NCBI GenBank assembly: GCA_000004985.1
Contig: GG738864.1
Length of the DNA: 64,000 nt
DNA from: Naegleria gruberi
Lineage: Eukaryota
Strand: one strand, 5' to 3'
Of this stretch, positions 34,594-45,739 are shown piece after piece. The notes beneath the pieces are model-generated. The model saw nothing but the letters and a program-made list of their open reading frames with translations. It was not told where the DNA came from and did no database searches. Made by a program: the position numbers and the translations under genes. Numbering within the stretch: position 1 is the stretch's first letter; every line of letters starts with the position of its first letter.

Positions 34594-35888
34594 ATGAATG
34601 CTTCGGCGAGTGTAATCGTTCATCAAATTAAACAATTACTCACTCAACATTTGAAGGAATTAAGAGTGTTCGGATCATCATGTAAAGCATACAGGAGATT
34701 TCTAACTAGATTTAAGGGATGTCCTTTTCAATTATTTTCTCTGCATATTTCTCTGAGATGGAATGAAACTATCAAAGCCTGGCACAATCAATTAAAAGAA
34801 CATGAATCATATTGTTTTGTATTGAATGAAGCAATAGCTTTCATGAGATCTCTTCCTAAACATTCCCTCTTTTCCGAATTTCATGAATTGAAGAGATTTA
34901 ATACAGAAATCGGAGCCAATCTACGACTTGCTCTTGATTATGCATTTGAGAAATATAGAAAATTACATGCCTTCATTGCTAGTTTCATGTCCAAAATTAA
35001 GAATCTTGCTGAATGTAAGTCAACTTGAACTAGTTATTGATTTTCAAAATAGTACCAAGAGAAAAGTGGCCAGGTGGTTGGTTTTGTTCAGAACATGATG
35101 ATAAGCACCACAAGAAAATAGATATTGAAATGAGACACCAATTCATATATGTTGTCCCTTATGAAATTGGGCAAAAAGCGAGAATACCAAAGAATAAGTT
35201 CGATCAAGATAAGGCTGCAGCTTATTTGATAGAATTGAAAAGGCAATTGGATAATACGATAAGAAAGTTTGTTGGGAAACAAGGTATTCATCCACCTGAA
35301 ACTACTTTACCAGTTCGAGTGAGTTTTACAGAAAAGAAAGGATTGTTTTTGGATCACACTCACATCAATAGATTGGAAGACAGAGAAAAGAAGAAAGAAA
35401 GCAGAAGAAACTGTACAAGAGTAGAATTAACAAAAACAACTTCAAATGAGAAACCAACAAGAACTATTGAAACTCGAGAGCCTACCCATTACGAATCCTT
35501 TTATTCAGAGCCTAAATCATTTGAGCCTCCTTCTAGGTTTGTAAGAAAATCAGAATTCCATGAAATGACAGACAAGAAACTTGAAAGGGAAAATGCAGAC
35601 ATTAATCCATATGTTTTGTGGAGTTTCCCAACATCTACATTCTTTACAGACGAAAGATTTCAAAGTCATAACGAAAATATGACGAAGCGAAAGAAGATGG
35701 AAAAATTAGGTAAATTCGATTACAACGATGTTATCTCAATGCGGCACTACAAGAGTATGGTACAAGATGTGGAAGATGGTGATGATATTATTCATGCTTT
35801 GCAAGATCAACAACAAAGGTATATGTGTAATTTAGGAGTTCAAGATTGTATTCATGTTGGTAAACATTTGGATTGGTCAAATAAATAA
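34594..35888 (+). CDS. Hypothetical protein; the two ORF-track ORFs are joined by a 38-nt intron
   Basis: GAA T|GTAAGT donor at 35015 and CAAAATAG acceptor ending 35052, phase 1. This gives ...KNLAE-L-PREKWPGGWFCSEHDDKHHKK..., about 420 aa. Confidence 0.5.
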
Positions 35889-35928
35889 AAGTGTAATTAT
35901 ACATAAGTAGTTTTTAATAGTTTACAAG

Positions 35929-36992
35929 TTAATGAGTGTTGAAAAGAGAATCCTTGACTGATTGAGAAATAATTCCTTGTAAAACTTCAGTGCTCAATTT
36001 AACAGCATCCTTTGTCAACTTATCCAATTGAGTTTCTTCCTTCTTCTTTGATTCCTTTTCCATCATGAAACCAGAAAGTTTACCACCACGTCCGATTTCG
36101 TGTTCAGCCTTGTCCATCTTTCTGGCAATATCATTAATAGAATCGTTTGTATAATTTCTATTCTTGATGGCAGCAGATGATGACAAAATGTTGATCCAGT
36201 ACTTATTCCAGAGAACGTTCAACAATTTTGTATCAGTTGAGGACTTGAAAAATTCACATTCCAATTGATAGTACTTGTCATGATAAACACCATAATCTTC
36301 AATCTTATCCATAGGAATTGATTGATATTCTGAACTTGATGAAGCACTTGGAGTGTGACCTTCTGGGTATGTTCTGAAAGCACCAATTTCAACTCTACCA
36401 GCTGAGACAGTTCTGACAGGATCAACAACAATAGCAACAAAAGGATCTTGGTATTGTTGGTTAGTTAATTGAGTGTTAACGTCAATACCTGACAACCAAC
36501 AACCATAACCAGGGTGAGAGTGATACCATCCGACAACGTTTTCTGGTCTTCCAACAAGTTGACTCAAATCCATATATCTACCCATATATTCGATAGCTTC
36601 ATTACCAGCATTAACACGAGTTTCGGTACCTTCAACAGGTAAAGCAAATGCATCCATAACAATGAATGAATCTCCATCAATTTTACCTTGCATCAAACCC
36701 ATAACTTCGAGTGGTTGACCTTTAGTTGTGTGCATAGCCATTTTGAGAAGAGCCAAGGCAGAGATTTTAACCTTCTTGAAGTATTTAACACTATTTTAAA
36801 ATTGATCATCATTTGTATCGTCATCAATTAATTTTCGTGATGATCAAAAAATACTTACTCTTTTTCCCAAGGTCTTTCTTCACGGACCTTTTGTTCCTTT
36901 TCTTCATCATATTTATACAATTGTTCATCAGTAACTTCCTTGACTTTATTTTCAAGTTCCCATTGTTTTTGAGCGTCCTTTGAGCCTAACAT
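35929..36992 (-). CDS. csn5: COP9 signalosome subunit 5 (CSN5/JAB1), JAMM/MPN+ isopeptidase; 2 exons
   Basis: Exon 1 36992-36859 ([45 protein letters not shown]). A 68-nt intron 36791-36858 (GA|GTAAGT..AAAATAG). Exon 2 36790-35929 (…[20 protein letters not shown]..., JAMM motif [15 protein letters not shown], and CSN5-specific ...[25 protein letters not shown]...). Confidence 0.85.
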
Positions 36993-37186
36993 TTTTACAC
37001 TATACTACAATCTGGTGATGAAGAGAATTTTTTTGAGTGATAGAGAAAGTTTTTCATCAGCTAATGCGCAAGCTGTGTTATTTCGAGTTCATTATGGAGG
37101 CTCTAAAAATAACTCTATTTACAATGCTGGTTCTCTCTTGCTTGTCAAAGATTTCCACTGGCTCTCTTCAGCACACAAGACAAAAA

Positions 37187-38051
37187 ATGAGTTCAATGCA
37201 AACCACTGATGAAATTGTAGTCGGTGACCAATCAGTGCCATCATCAGCATCTTCGGGAGAGAGAATCGTTACCCAAACACTTGATTTGGAAAATAAAGAA
37301 CTTTTGGCACAAGGAGCTGAAGGGGTGAGTATTTTAAATATTGTGTGGAAATTTAATGATGGGTAGAGAGTTTTCTTGTTGAAAAATTATTTTGGAAAAC
37401 AAGCAATTATGAAGGAAAGATTTAGTAAAAAATATAGACATCCTACATTGGATAGTAAATTAACAAAACAAAGACTTGTAAAGGAATCAAAGAATATTTC
37501 AAAGTGTAGACAATTAGGAATTGAAGTTCCTACAGTTTATAATGTAGATAAAACAAATAATTTAATTTTTATGGAATATATTGAAGGATGTTCAGTCAAG
37601 GAATATTTTAGGAAATTTGAACAATTAGCAAATGCATCAACTGAACACATTTGGGATGAATCATGTCTTGAAATAGCTCATTCTATGGGTAAAGTTATTG
37701 CCACTATACACAAGAATAAGCTTGTTCATGGTGATTTGACAACATCAAATTTAATGTTGAGAAATGGAGAAAAGGACAAATTGGTTGTTATTGATTTTGG
37801 TCTCAGTTTTGGTACAACTCTTGATGAAGACAAGGCTGTTGATTTATATGTTTTGGAAAGAGCCTTACTTTCAACACATCCAAATTCTGAAAAATTGGTA
37901 AGTATTGTCACATTTATTATTACAATAACCATTTCAGTTTGATCAATTAATAGAAGGTTACAAAATTATTGATGCCACTCAAAGCAAGACAGTTTTGAAA
38001 AAGTTAGATCAAGTCAGACAAAGAGGAAGAAAAAAGTCCATGATTGGATAA
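37187..38051 (+). CDS. bud32: Bud32 / TP53RK (PRPK) atypical kinase of the KEOPS complex; 3 exons
   Basis: Exon 1 37187-37324 (MSSMQTTDEIVVG...LLAQGAEG). A 42-nt intron (GTGAGT..GGGTAG). Exon 2 37367-37897 (RVFLLKNYFGKQAIMKERF...KLVHGDLTTSNLML...LVVIDFGLS...DKAVDLYVLERAL...). A 40-nt intron 37898-37937 (GTAAGT..TTTCAG). Exon 3 37938-38051 (FDQLIEGYKIIDA...RQRGRKKSMIG*). Confidence 0.8.
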
Positions 38052-38086
38052 ATTTATAACAATAAATATCAGAAGCAGTAAAAAAT

Positions 38087-40666
38087 TTGGCGCCCAAAAT
38101 AACTACAAAAAAAATGACTGAAAATATGGAGAGCTCTCAGTTGCTGAATCCAACCTCGCCTGGATTTGATGCCAACTATGTGCTTCAGCAATTAAAGAAG
38201 AGACCCGAGATGGAATCTTTCTATCGGAAGTATGAAAGTACATTCAACGCCTTAGTTTCATCATATACAAATGTTGAGAGATTATCAAAGAAGTGTGAGC
38301 AATTAAATCAAGATATTTTACTGATGGCCACAAAAGTCAAAACTGCTCAAAAACAAGTAACAGAAGATCAACAACAAATGTCTCTCATTAAGAAAGAAAT
38401 AGAGAAACAATGGGGATTTTATGATGCGGCAAAACAAAAGGATAAAGAAGCTCAAGCTAAATTGGACGAACTTCAAGAAAAATGCAATCTTCTTCAAAAA
38501 GAAATACAGCTTGGTGTTGTTAACGACGAAAGAAGGAGAATGATAGAGCAACTTGAGGAAACAGAGGCCAAACTGAAAAAAGAATTTGATTTGGAACAAA
38601 ACATGAAGATTGGTCTGATAAATACTGTAACCAGGTTGCAAACTCAATATGACGAATTAATCAAGCAAAGAGAAGAATTGTTAAAATATATTGAGAATAT
38701 GACAATAGAAATATCTGAAATTGAAAAGAAAACAAAGGAAGAGCAGACAGAACGTGATAAAGCTAAGCTGGAATTAGAAGAGGCTAAAAATCTATTAAGA
38801 AGAAAGCTCAAAGAAATTGAAGAAAAGAAAATTAAACTTGAAGTTGGACAAAAAGATCTTCAAAAGTTTGAACAAAAGGCTGCAGAACAAAGTCAGAAGA
38901 CGATCAAGTCTCAAAAACATATTGAAGAACTCAAACTTAAAATGGAAAAAATTGAAAGAGAATTTAAGGATATTGCCAAACAAACATCTAAGCTTAGCGC
39001 AGATAATGAAAAACTGAGGTCTCTAATTCACACAAAAGAGGCATCCATCGCCTCTACGAAGGAAGAACAACGTCAGATTGTGAAGGTTGTAGCTCAAAAG
39101 ATGAAGGAAAAAAAGAAGAGAGAAGAGAAAAAGCTCACTCTTGAAAGTTATAAACAAGAGATGGATGTCCAGGTTAGAAACTTAAAGGATCATATCATGG
39201 AGATGAAAAGAATTTTGGAATTTGAAAAGTCTAAAATTGAAGATCTGAGCCATCAAAAAGGTCTTCTAGATAAGAGCATCCTCAAAGCAGATAAAAACCT
39301 GGAAGAAGAAGAGAATTCGCTCAAGGTTGTCGACAGTAAGAGAAGAAACGTTCAACTGAAATTCAAAGCATATGTACAAATGATAGAAAAGAAGAGACAG
39401 GATATTTACAGACTGAAGAAAGAAATTGATAAGTACGATAAGGCATTTCTTGATGCAAAGCAAAAACACGATCAATCACAAGAAGAAATTAAAATCAAGA
39501 AACTGGAATCTGACGATTTAAAGAAGAAAATCAGAGATGGAAGAGAACGACACAGACAACAAATGGCACTTTATGATGCTGTGAAGGCTGAAAGAAATAC
39601 CTACAGCAAACGTTTGATTGATGCAGACTCTGAAATCCAAGAGGAGAAGCAAAAATTCAAGATTATGACACAACAAATAGACAAGATACGAGAAGATATT
39701 CAAAACAAGGAAGAAGAATTCTTACACCAAAAATCAGAATACAGCAAGTTATGTTCAAAGAGAGAAGTCCTCACTGAACAATTGAAGAATTTAGAGAAGA
39801 GCATTGAGGAACAGGCAGACGTCAACAAACAATACGAAAAGGAAATCAACAAACTCAATGAAATCATTAAAGAAGCTGAACAGGAAAGAAAGAGACAAGA
39901 GAAGGAACTTGAAGTTGTTGTTGGTGACAGAGACATTCTTGGTTCACAACTCATCAAACGTAACAATGAGCTTGCAGGACTCTATGAAAGAATTAAGAGT
40001 CAACAAAGTTTAATCAGCAAAGGTGCTGTTCAATATCAACAGAGAGTAAATGACATTCAGACATTGCAAGAAAAGATCAACCAACTATCTCAAGAATATG
40101 ACAAACTCTCAGTCCGTCTCAATGATTTTGATCTGAAGCAGAATGAGGTACACTCACTTAGAAGACAGTTGCTTCAGGAGCAATCAAGAGTAAAGGCTCT
40201 AGAAGAGGAGCTCCAAACACCAATGAATGTACATAGATGGAGAAGAATTCAAGGTAGTGATCCAAACTCATTTGAAATGATTGAAAAGATTCAAAAGCTT
40301 CAAAAGCAACTCATTGCCAAGACAGAAGAAGTCATGGAAAAGGATTTGCTTATCAAAGAAAAAGAAAAGCTTTATGCCGAGTTGAAATCAATTCTTACAA
40401 GACAACCTGGTCCAGAAGTGGTTGAACAATATAATGTCTACCAACAGACTCTTAAAGAAAAAACTAAAAAACATCAAGAAATGTTGCGAGAATTGGAAGT
40501 CTACATGATCAAAACAAGAGATTTGGAATATGAAAATCAAAAATATAAGGAAGAATTCTTCGCTCTCAAGAATGAATTCTTCCAAAAGAAACAAGATGAA
40601 AAGAGACAATACAGAGCTTATATCAATTCCCTTAACAGTGATTTACTCGACGACGATTACATGTAA
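38087..40666 (+). CDS. Long coiled-coil protein (859 aa), intronless
   Basis: Uninterrupted ORF. Heptad-rich K/E/Q/L composition throughout. No enzymatic motifs. Confidence 0.6.
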   Translation: MAPKITTKKMTENMESSQLLNPTSPGFDANYVLQQLKKRPEMESFYRKYESTFNALVSSYTNVERLSKKCEQLNQDILLMATKVKTAQKQVTEDQQQMSLIKKEIEKQWGFYDAAKQKDKEAQAKLDELQEKCNLLQKEIQLGVVNDERRRMIEQLEETEAKLKKEFDLEQNMKIGLINTVTRLQTQYDELIKQREELLKYIENMTIEISEIEKKTKEEQTERDKAKLELEEAKNLLRRKLKEIEEKKIKLEVGQKDLQKFEQKAAEQSQKTIKSQKHIEELKLKMEKIEREFKDIAKQTSKLSADNEKLRSLIHTKEASIASTKEEQRQIVKVVAQKMKEKKKREEKKLTLESYKQEMDVQVRNLKDHIMEMKRILEFEKSKIEDLSHQKGLLDKSILKADKNLEEEENSLKVVDSKRRNVQLKFKAYVQMIEKKRQDIYRLKKEIDKYDKAFLDAKQKHDQSQEEIKIKKLESDDLKKKIRDGRERHRQQMALYDAVKAERNTYSKRLIDADSEIQEEKQKFKIMTQQIDKIREDIQNKEEEFLHQKSEYSKLCSKREVLTEQLKNLEKSIEEQADVNKQYEKEINKLNEIIKEAEQERKRQEKELEVVVGDRDILGSQLIKRNNELAGLYERIKSQQSLISKGAVQYQQRVNDIQTLQEKINQLSQEYDKLSVRLNDFDLKQNEVHSLRRQLLQEQSRVKALEEELQTPMNVHRWRRIQGSDPNSFEMIEKIQKLQKQLIAKTEEVMEKDLLIKEKEKLYAELKSILTRQPGPEVVEQYNVYQQTLKEKTKKHQEMLRELEVYMIKTRDLEYENQKYKEEFFALKNEFFQKKQDEKRQYRAYINSLNSDLLDDDYM

Positions 40667-40789
40667 ATATTTGTACATTCACCAACAACTCCCTAATAAA
40701 TTATTGTATCCCAACAACCAAATAAACAACGACTGGTCAATATGAATTGGATTAGTTAATGAAAGGAACATAATATTCATCAAATAAAA

Positions 40790-41456
40790 ATGGACAATAG
40801 CACAAAGGAAACATTGCAAAAAATTCCACTCTTGAAGGAAAAAGTTGGACCAAGAGATGCTGATCAATGGGAAAAACGTCTTAAAGAGGAATATGCAGCT
40901 CTCATTCAATATGTGAAAATGACAAAGGAAAATGATAGTGCTTGGTTTTCTATTCAAAGTAACAAGAGCGGAACAAAGTTAGTATCATTTAATAATTTGA
41001 TTAACTAAAATCATCGCAAAAATCTTCATCACAAAATTAATAGATGGTTCGGAAAGTGTTGGTTTGTCCACAATTTATTGAAATATGAATTTAAAGTAGA
41101 ATTTGAAGTATGTGTGATTTTTGAAATTCATAATTGACAACATTATCAAAATAATATTTATAATAATAATCTGTTAACAGATTCCAGTCACATATCCAAC
41201 AACAGCTCCAGAATTTAAAATTCCAGAATTGATCGGAAAGACAGCTAAAATGTATCATGATGGTCGTGTTTGTCAAACTCTTCACTTCCATCCTCTCTGG
41301 GCTAGAAATGTTCCTCATTTTGGTATTGCTCATGCTTTGGCTCTTGGATTGGGTCCTTGGTTGGCTAGTGAAGTTCCAGATTTAGTTTCTAAAAATTTAA
41401 TTCAAGCTAAGGATACTTCTACTGAAGAATCGACCACTCCAACAACTCAACAATAA
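40790..41456 (+). CDS. ufc1: Ufm1-conjugating enzyme 1 (UFC1); 3 exons
   Basis: Exon 1 40790-40977. Intron 40978-41043 (GTTAGT..AATAG, phase 2). Exon 2 41044-41107 ([22 protein letters not shown]). Intron 41108-41180 (GTATGT..AACAG). Exon 3 41181-41456 ([62 protein letters not shown]...). A near-colinear match to UFC1, including the catalytic Cys in GRVC. Confidence 0.85.
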
Positions 41457-41635
41457 ATTCCTTTTTAAATAATTATTTAAATAAAGAAATATGAAATTAA
41501 TAAATTTCCAGAGCTAGAGAAGAAGAAATCATTTTCCAAAGTTCTAATTGTAGATCCTCCACAAATATAATTAAATAATATTATAATAATAAATCTAAAA
41601 TTTCCAAATCTAGTAATCAAATAAAAATTAAAAAC

Positions 41636-42109
41636 CTACTTTAAAATATTAGAAATATCGCCTCTAAATCCCTTTGTAAAAATATTATGATAAAAGTTTT
41701 TCATTATTAAAATAATTAGGAATAATAAATTATCAATCATTCTATAAATTTGGTGATTTTTAGGAGTTACTCTTTTCATTTTGAAATAGGAATATCCAAT
41801 CAATGACAGAAATACAATGATTTTAAAATTTGTGTGACTCATGAATGGAAAGTAGGTATTTATAATTTGATGAAATTTCCTATTTTTCATTAATCTATTT
41901 CCTTTTAATACAATCATTTTGTGTAATGAATGAGGAAAAGGAGAACGATTAGACAGTAATACTACGTCCAATAGTGTTCGTTCATCATCGGAATTGTTTG
42001 CTGCAATTAATTCAAAGAATCTTTGATTGGGATCTTTTGGTCTTGATTCCTTTTTAGCTTCCGAAGTTGCTGTTGAAGAGGGTGCATTGTTTGATTCATC
42101 TTCAGCCAT
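41636..42109 (-). CDS. Small hypothetical membrane protein (about 157 aa)
   Basis: True ATG at 42109 (MAEDESNNAPSS...). The ORF track extended it upstream with a TTG start. Hydrophobic C-terminal half (FKIIVFLSLIGYSYF..., LLFLIILIMKNF). Only about 40 nt downstream of the stop of the preceding gene on the same strand. Confidence 0.4.
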   Translation of the reverse strand: MAEDESNNAPSSTATSEAKKESRPKDPNQRFFELIAANNSDDERTLLDVVLLSNRSPFPHSLHKMIVLKGNRLMKNRKFHQIINTYFPFMSHTNFKIIVFLSLIGYSYFKMKRVTPKNHQIYRMIDNLLFLIILIMKNFYHNIFTKGFRGDISNILK

Positions 42110-42149
42110 TTTTTTCTTAGTTTCCTTTACAATAAATTTCTTATGAGGT

Positions 42150-44462
42150 TCATTCAATTACACCTTGAATTCTTCTTCTTAATTCCAAGTTTTCAGTCTT
42201 GAGAGTTTTCACTGATTCTTCCATCTTTTCACATTTTTCTAATAAAAAGAAAAATTCACGTTTTGCCTTATCCAAGTTGCTCTTATACTTCAAACAATAT
42301 TTGAAAACTCTGTCATATTCATTGGCTTTGACTTCAAGTTTTTCTTTAGCTTGTTGGAGATCGATAACATCATTCTTGAGCTCCTCTATTCTATTCTTGA
42401 ATGATTGATTTAATTGCTCAAGTTTTTTGCATTGAATGTCCTCCTTGAGTAGTTTTTCTTCTAATTGAGTAATTCTTTCTCTCAACTCATCAACCTGTTT
42501 GTTCTTATCTCTATAGATTCTCTCACATTCGCTTCGAAGGACAGACTCTTTATCTTTAGCCATTTGTTGTCTAAGATTAAGTAGGGCCTTGTTCTTTTCC
42601 TCAATCATTAGCTCCGTTTCCCTTTCTTTTTCTTGTAAATGAGTAGCAAGTTCTTGATTACAAGCTCTGAGCTCAGAATTTGTTCTCTCCTCTTCTTCGA
42701 GTTTTCTTCGCAGTTGATTCAAGTTGCTTGAGTGACTTCCTTCTAGCACTCCAAGATTAGAGCTAAGAGTTTCAATCTCTAATGTTTTATCCGATACAAT
42801 TCTTTCCTTTTCCATTTCATACTCATGTCTATTTCTTTCAATAGCATTTCTGAGCTCTCCATTTTCAATCTCTAGCTTGGAGAATTTCGATTGAAGTTTT
42901 TTCAAATCATCAACGAGTTTTTGATATTCTTTCTTTTGTTGATCTGTCAAAATGATTTCCTCAGATGTTTGAGATGAATTATCAACTGTTAATTGCATAA
43001 CTTGGGATCCCATATCGAATGTTATTCTCTTTTCGTGAGCTTTTTCTTGCAGAGAACCTCTAAGACTCTGAATAGTTTCCTCGTACTCAGCACACGTTCT
43101 TGTCATTTCCTCTTCGTGTTGTTTTCTCATTTTCTGCAGTTTGAATTGATAGGTTTCACTAACTGACCTAGAATAGTCATCAATTACGATTCTTGATTGT
43201 GATGTATCTTCTGCTCTCTTCAGTCTGTCTTGATAATCTTCGAGAGAGGATTTCAATTCCAAATAGTTTTTTTCCAGAAGAGATTTTTCCTTCTTTACCA
43301 AGGACAGATCTTCAACAGCTGCTCTAGCCCTCTTGTCCAAATCTATCTTATCCCTTTTCAGAGTATCCACAAGTTTCTCAAGAGATTGAATCCTTTCCTG
43401 ACTTTTGAGAGATATTCCTTCAAATTCCATGTTTTCATTCTGTTTTGTTACGTATTTTGCTCTAAGGAGTGAAATAGTTTCTTCTAATTGTTTAATTTTC
43501 AAATTTCTTGATGATAATAAAGTCTCTGATTGAGATTGAAGAGATGCAAGTCTTTCCACTTCATTTGAAATTGATTTGATTTTGTTGTTCTTTTGAAATT
43601 GTAAATTTTCCTTTTCGTTCATTAATAACGTATACTTTTCATTGAGGGTGTTAATATCGTTTCTAAGAGATTCCACTTCCAGACTTTTTTGTTGAAGATA
43701 ATCTCCTCTCAATTTCTCAAGAGAATTATTTGACCATGCTGTATTTAGGGCAAAGAATTCCTCATTCTTTCGTATCCTTTCCTTTGCGTTGATTAATTCT
43801 TTTGTAAGTGTGCGTACGGTTTGACTGAGCTGCTCTTCTTGTTCCGAAAGTCTTTTTCTTTCTCGTATGGATGTTTCATATTGAATATTTAAAGATGAAA
43901 CATGTTGCATCAATCTTTCTGGATCCATTGAAGGACAAATTTGAAGAGCATGAGAAGGAATCATGTTTTCAGAAGCAATTTCAGAATCATGCTCCTTAAC
44001 CATGTTATTCCCTTTGATTGGTGAATTTGCAAAGGCCTTTCCGATTGGTGTTATTGATTCAAGTCTATCTAAACTACCGAAATCCGAACTGCTTCCACTA
44101 CTATTTCCTTTTGATGATGAGAATAATTCATTCTTTTTTGAAAAAGTTTTTGATTCCTGAATGCTCGGAAATTCCTCAATTTCAGGATCAATCATTTCGT
44201 CAATCATATCCCTGAGTTCATTTTCTCTATCATTATCAAAATCACTCAGCATTGAAAATAACTTGTTGTGTGGCGACAAGGTAGAACTATTATTCATTTC
44301 CAAATTTCCAGACTTTCTTATTGTTTGTGATGGTAATCTAGACTCTTCCAATGAAGTATTATGTCTATTAAAGTTTGTTGCAGAACTGTGTTTTTGGTGA
44401 TGTGTTTTGTATGGTGAATTTGTTTTTGAATTTGTAACTTGGTTTGTTGTTGACCAGTTCAT
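42150..44462 (-). CDS. Large coiled-coil protein (770 aa) with an S/N-rich N-terminus
   Basis: Single ORF. Extensive heptad-type E/K/L/Q/R composition. No catalytic motifs. Confidence 0.55.
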   Translation of the reverse strand: MNWSTTNQVTNSKTNSPYKTHHQKHSSATNFNRHNTSLEESRLPSQTIRKSGNLEMNNSSTLSPHNKLFSMLSDFDNDRENELRDMIDEMIDPEIEEFPSIQESKTFSKKNELFSSSKGNSSGSSSDFGSLDRLESITPIGKAFANSPIKGNNMVKEHDSEIASENMIPSHALQICPSMDPERLMQHVSSLNIQYETSIRERKRLSEQEEQLSQTVRTLTKELINAKERIRKNEEFFALNTAWSNNSLEKLRGDYLQQKSLEVESLRNDINTLNEKYTLLMNEKENLQFQKNNKIKSISNEVERLASLQSQSETLLSSRNLKIKQLEETISLLRAKYVTKQNENMEFEGISLKSQERIQSLEKLVDTLKRDKIDLDKRARAAVEDLSLVKKEKSLLEKNYLELKSSLEDYQDRLKRAEDTSQSRIVIDDYSRSVSETYQFKLQKMRKQHEEEMTRTCAEYEETIQSLRGSLQEKAHEKRITFDMGSQVMQLTVDNSSQTSEEIILTDQQKKEYQKLVDDLKKLQSKFSKLEIENGELRNAIERNRHEYEMEKERIVSDKTLEIETLSSNLGVLEGSHSSNLNQLRRKLEEEERTNSELRACNQELATHLQEKERETELMIEEKNKALLNLRQQMAKDKESVLRSECERIYRDKNKQVDELRERITQLEEKLLKEDIQCKKLEQLNQSFKNRIEELKNDVIDLQQAKEKLEVKANEYDRVFKYCLKYKSNLDKAKREFFFLLEKCEKMEESVKTLKTENLELRRRIQGVIE

Positions 44463-44653
44463 ATCGACATTTTTTTTGTAGTATTTTTGGAGGGAAAATT
44501 TTGCACAAAGCCTTCTTCTTCCATGTTAGCACAGATTTCTATTAATATATTAAAAAGAATAAAAGTTATTATTTTTATATTTATTAATATTCAGAATAAT
44601 TAAAATATTAACAATAACAATAATGATGATAATATAAATACTCTAATAAAAAA

Positions 44654-45628
44654 ATGACACTAGCACCTGTGATGGAAGTTATTGAAAAGGATCAACAGAA
44701 TCATCCTCATCATAATTATATTTATAAAATAGAGACCAATACGAATGAATTGTTATCGGCAGCATCTTCATCATCAACTCAAATATTAACACCATCACCT
44801 TCTGTTCGTTATTTATTGTTACATAGGGATTTGGTATTCAAATGTTGGAAAGGCTTTGTTGGAATTTTGAGTCATCAGAAATTTCAATCATTATCGGAAT
44901 CATTTTCATTATCATCATCAACACCATCACTATTGAATTTATCATCAACTGGTACTAATACTGTTAAACCATCACCATTAATTGGATTAGAACATGGTGA
45001 TTTAAATGAAGAATATTTCTATGAATTGAATAATTTTGAAAAACCAATTGAATATTCAGGATTTACAAAGACAATATTTAACAAGTTGAATATTAATCAT
45101 TTGACAAATAGTGATAAATCAATTTCATCGGGTGAATTAGATAGCGTTGAAAAGGAGACTAGCTCCGATTCTAAAGAAGAATTAAACAATTCACTTCAAT
45201 TTATTGAAATGAATGAACAAGAAATTGAGCATTTCAAACAGTATATGAATGAAATTTATTGGATTGGATTTGACTGTAATCACTCACTTGCCTTAAACTT
45301 GTTTGTATTAAATAATATGAATACCAATAGTGATGATCCAGATGCTGTTTATGAAATGCTTATGGAATTATTGGAATCATCACCAATTGATTTTATTGAC
45401 ATTTCACCAATTGAATATATTCAGGATGAATCTATTCAAGAAGTAAGAAAACTCATTGATGAATTTATACCAGAGAGATCCTACAAAACTCATCAAAGCT
45501 GTTTAGAATATGCAACATTACTCAATCAATTATTATATTTCTATGAAGAAATTCTGAGACAACAATCAAACATTCAAGTGAATACTGGTAAATTAATTTC
45601 TCTCAATGATTTATTCAATAAAAAGTAA
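44654..45628 (+). CDS. Hypothetical protein (324 aa)
   Basis: Single ORF. No recognisable domain. Confidence 0.45.
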   Translation: MTLAPVMEVIEKDQQNHPHHNYIYKIETNTNELLSAASSSSTQILTPSPSVRYLLLHRDLVFKCWKGFVGILSHQKFQSLSESFSLSSSTPSLLNLSSTGTNTVKPSPLIGLEHGDLNEEYFYELNNFEKPIEYSGFTKTIFNKLNINHLTNSDKSISSGELDSVEKETSSDSKEELNNSLQFIEMNEQEIEHFKQYMNEIYWIGFDCNHSLALNLFVLNNMNTNSDDPDAVYEMLMELLESSPIDFIDISPIEYIQDESIQEVRKLIDEFIPERSYKTHQSCLEYATLLNQLLYFYEEILRQQSNIQVNTGKLISLNDLFNKK

Positions 45629-45739
45629 AATCCAATAATCCAACCCTTTGTATCAGTTGGTGATTGATTTTGTAAGAATCTTTCAAAGATCTTCAAAATT
45701 TGAAATCTCCAAAAGCACTTTGGAAATTTAAAAAAAAAA

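Noticed and set aside
38318-40609. Multiple minus-strand ORFs inside the 859-aa coiled-coil gene, and plus-strand ORFs inside the 770-aa coiled-coil gene (43230-44400)
   Set aside because: They are antisense of K/E/Q-rich coiled-coil coding sequence (giving F/L/S-rich artefacts).
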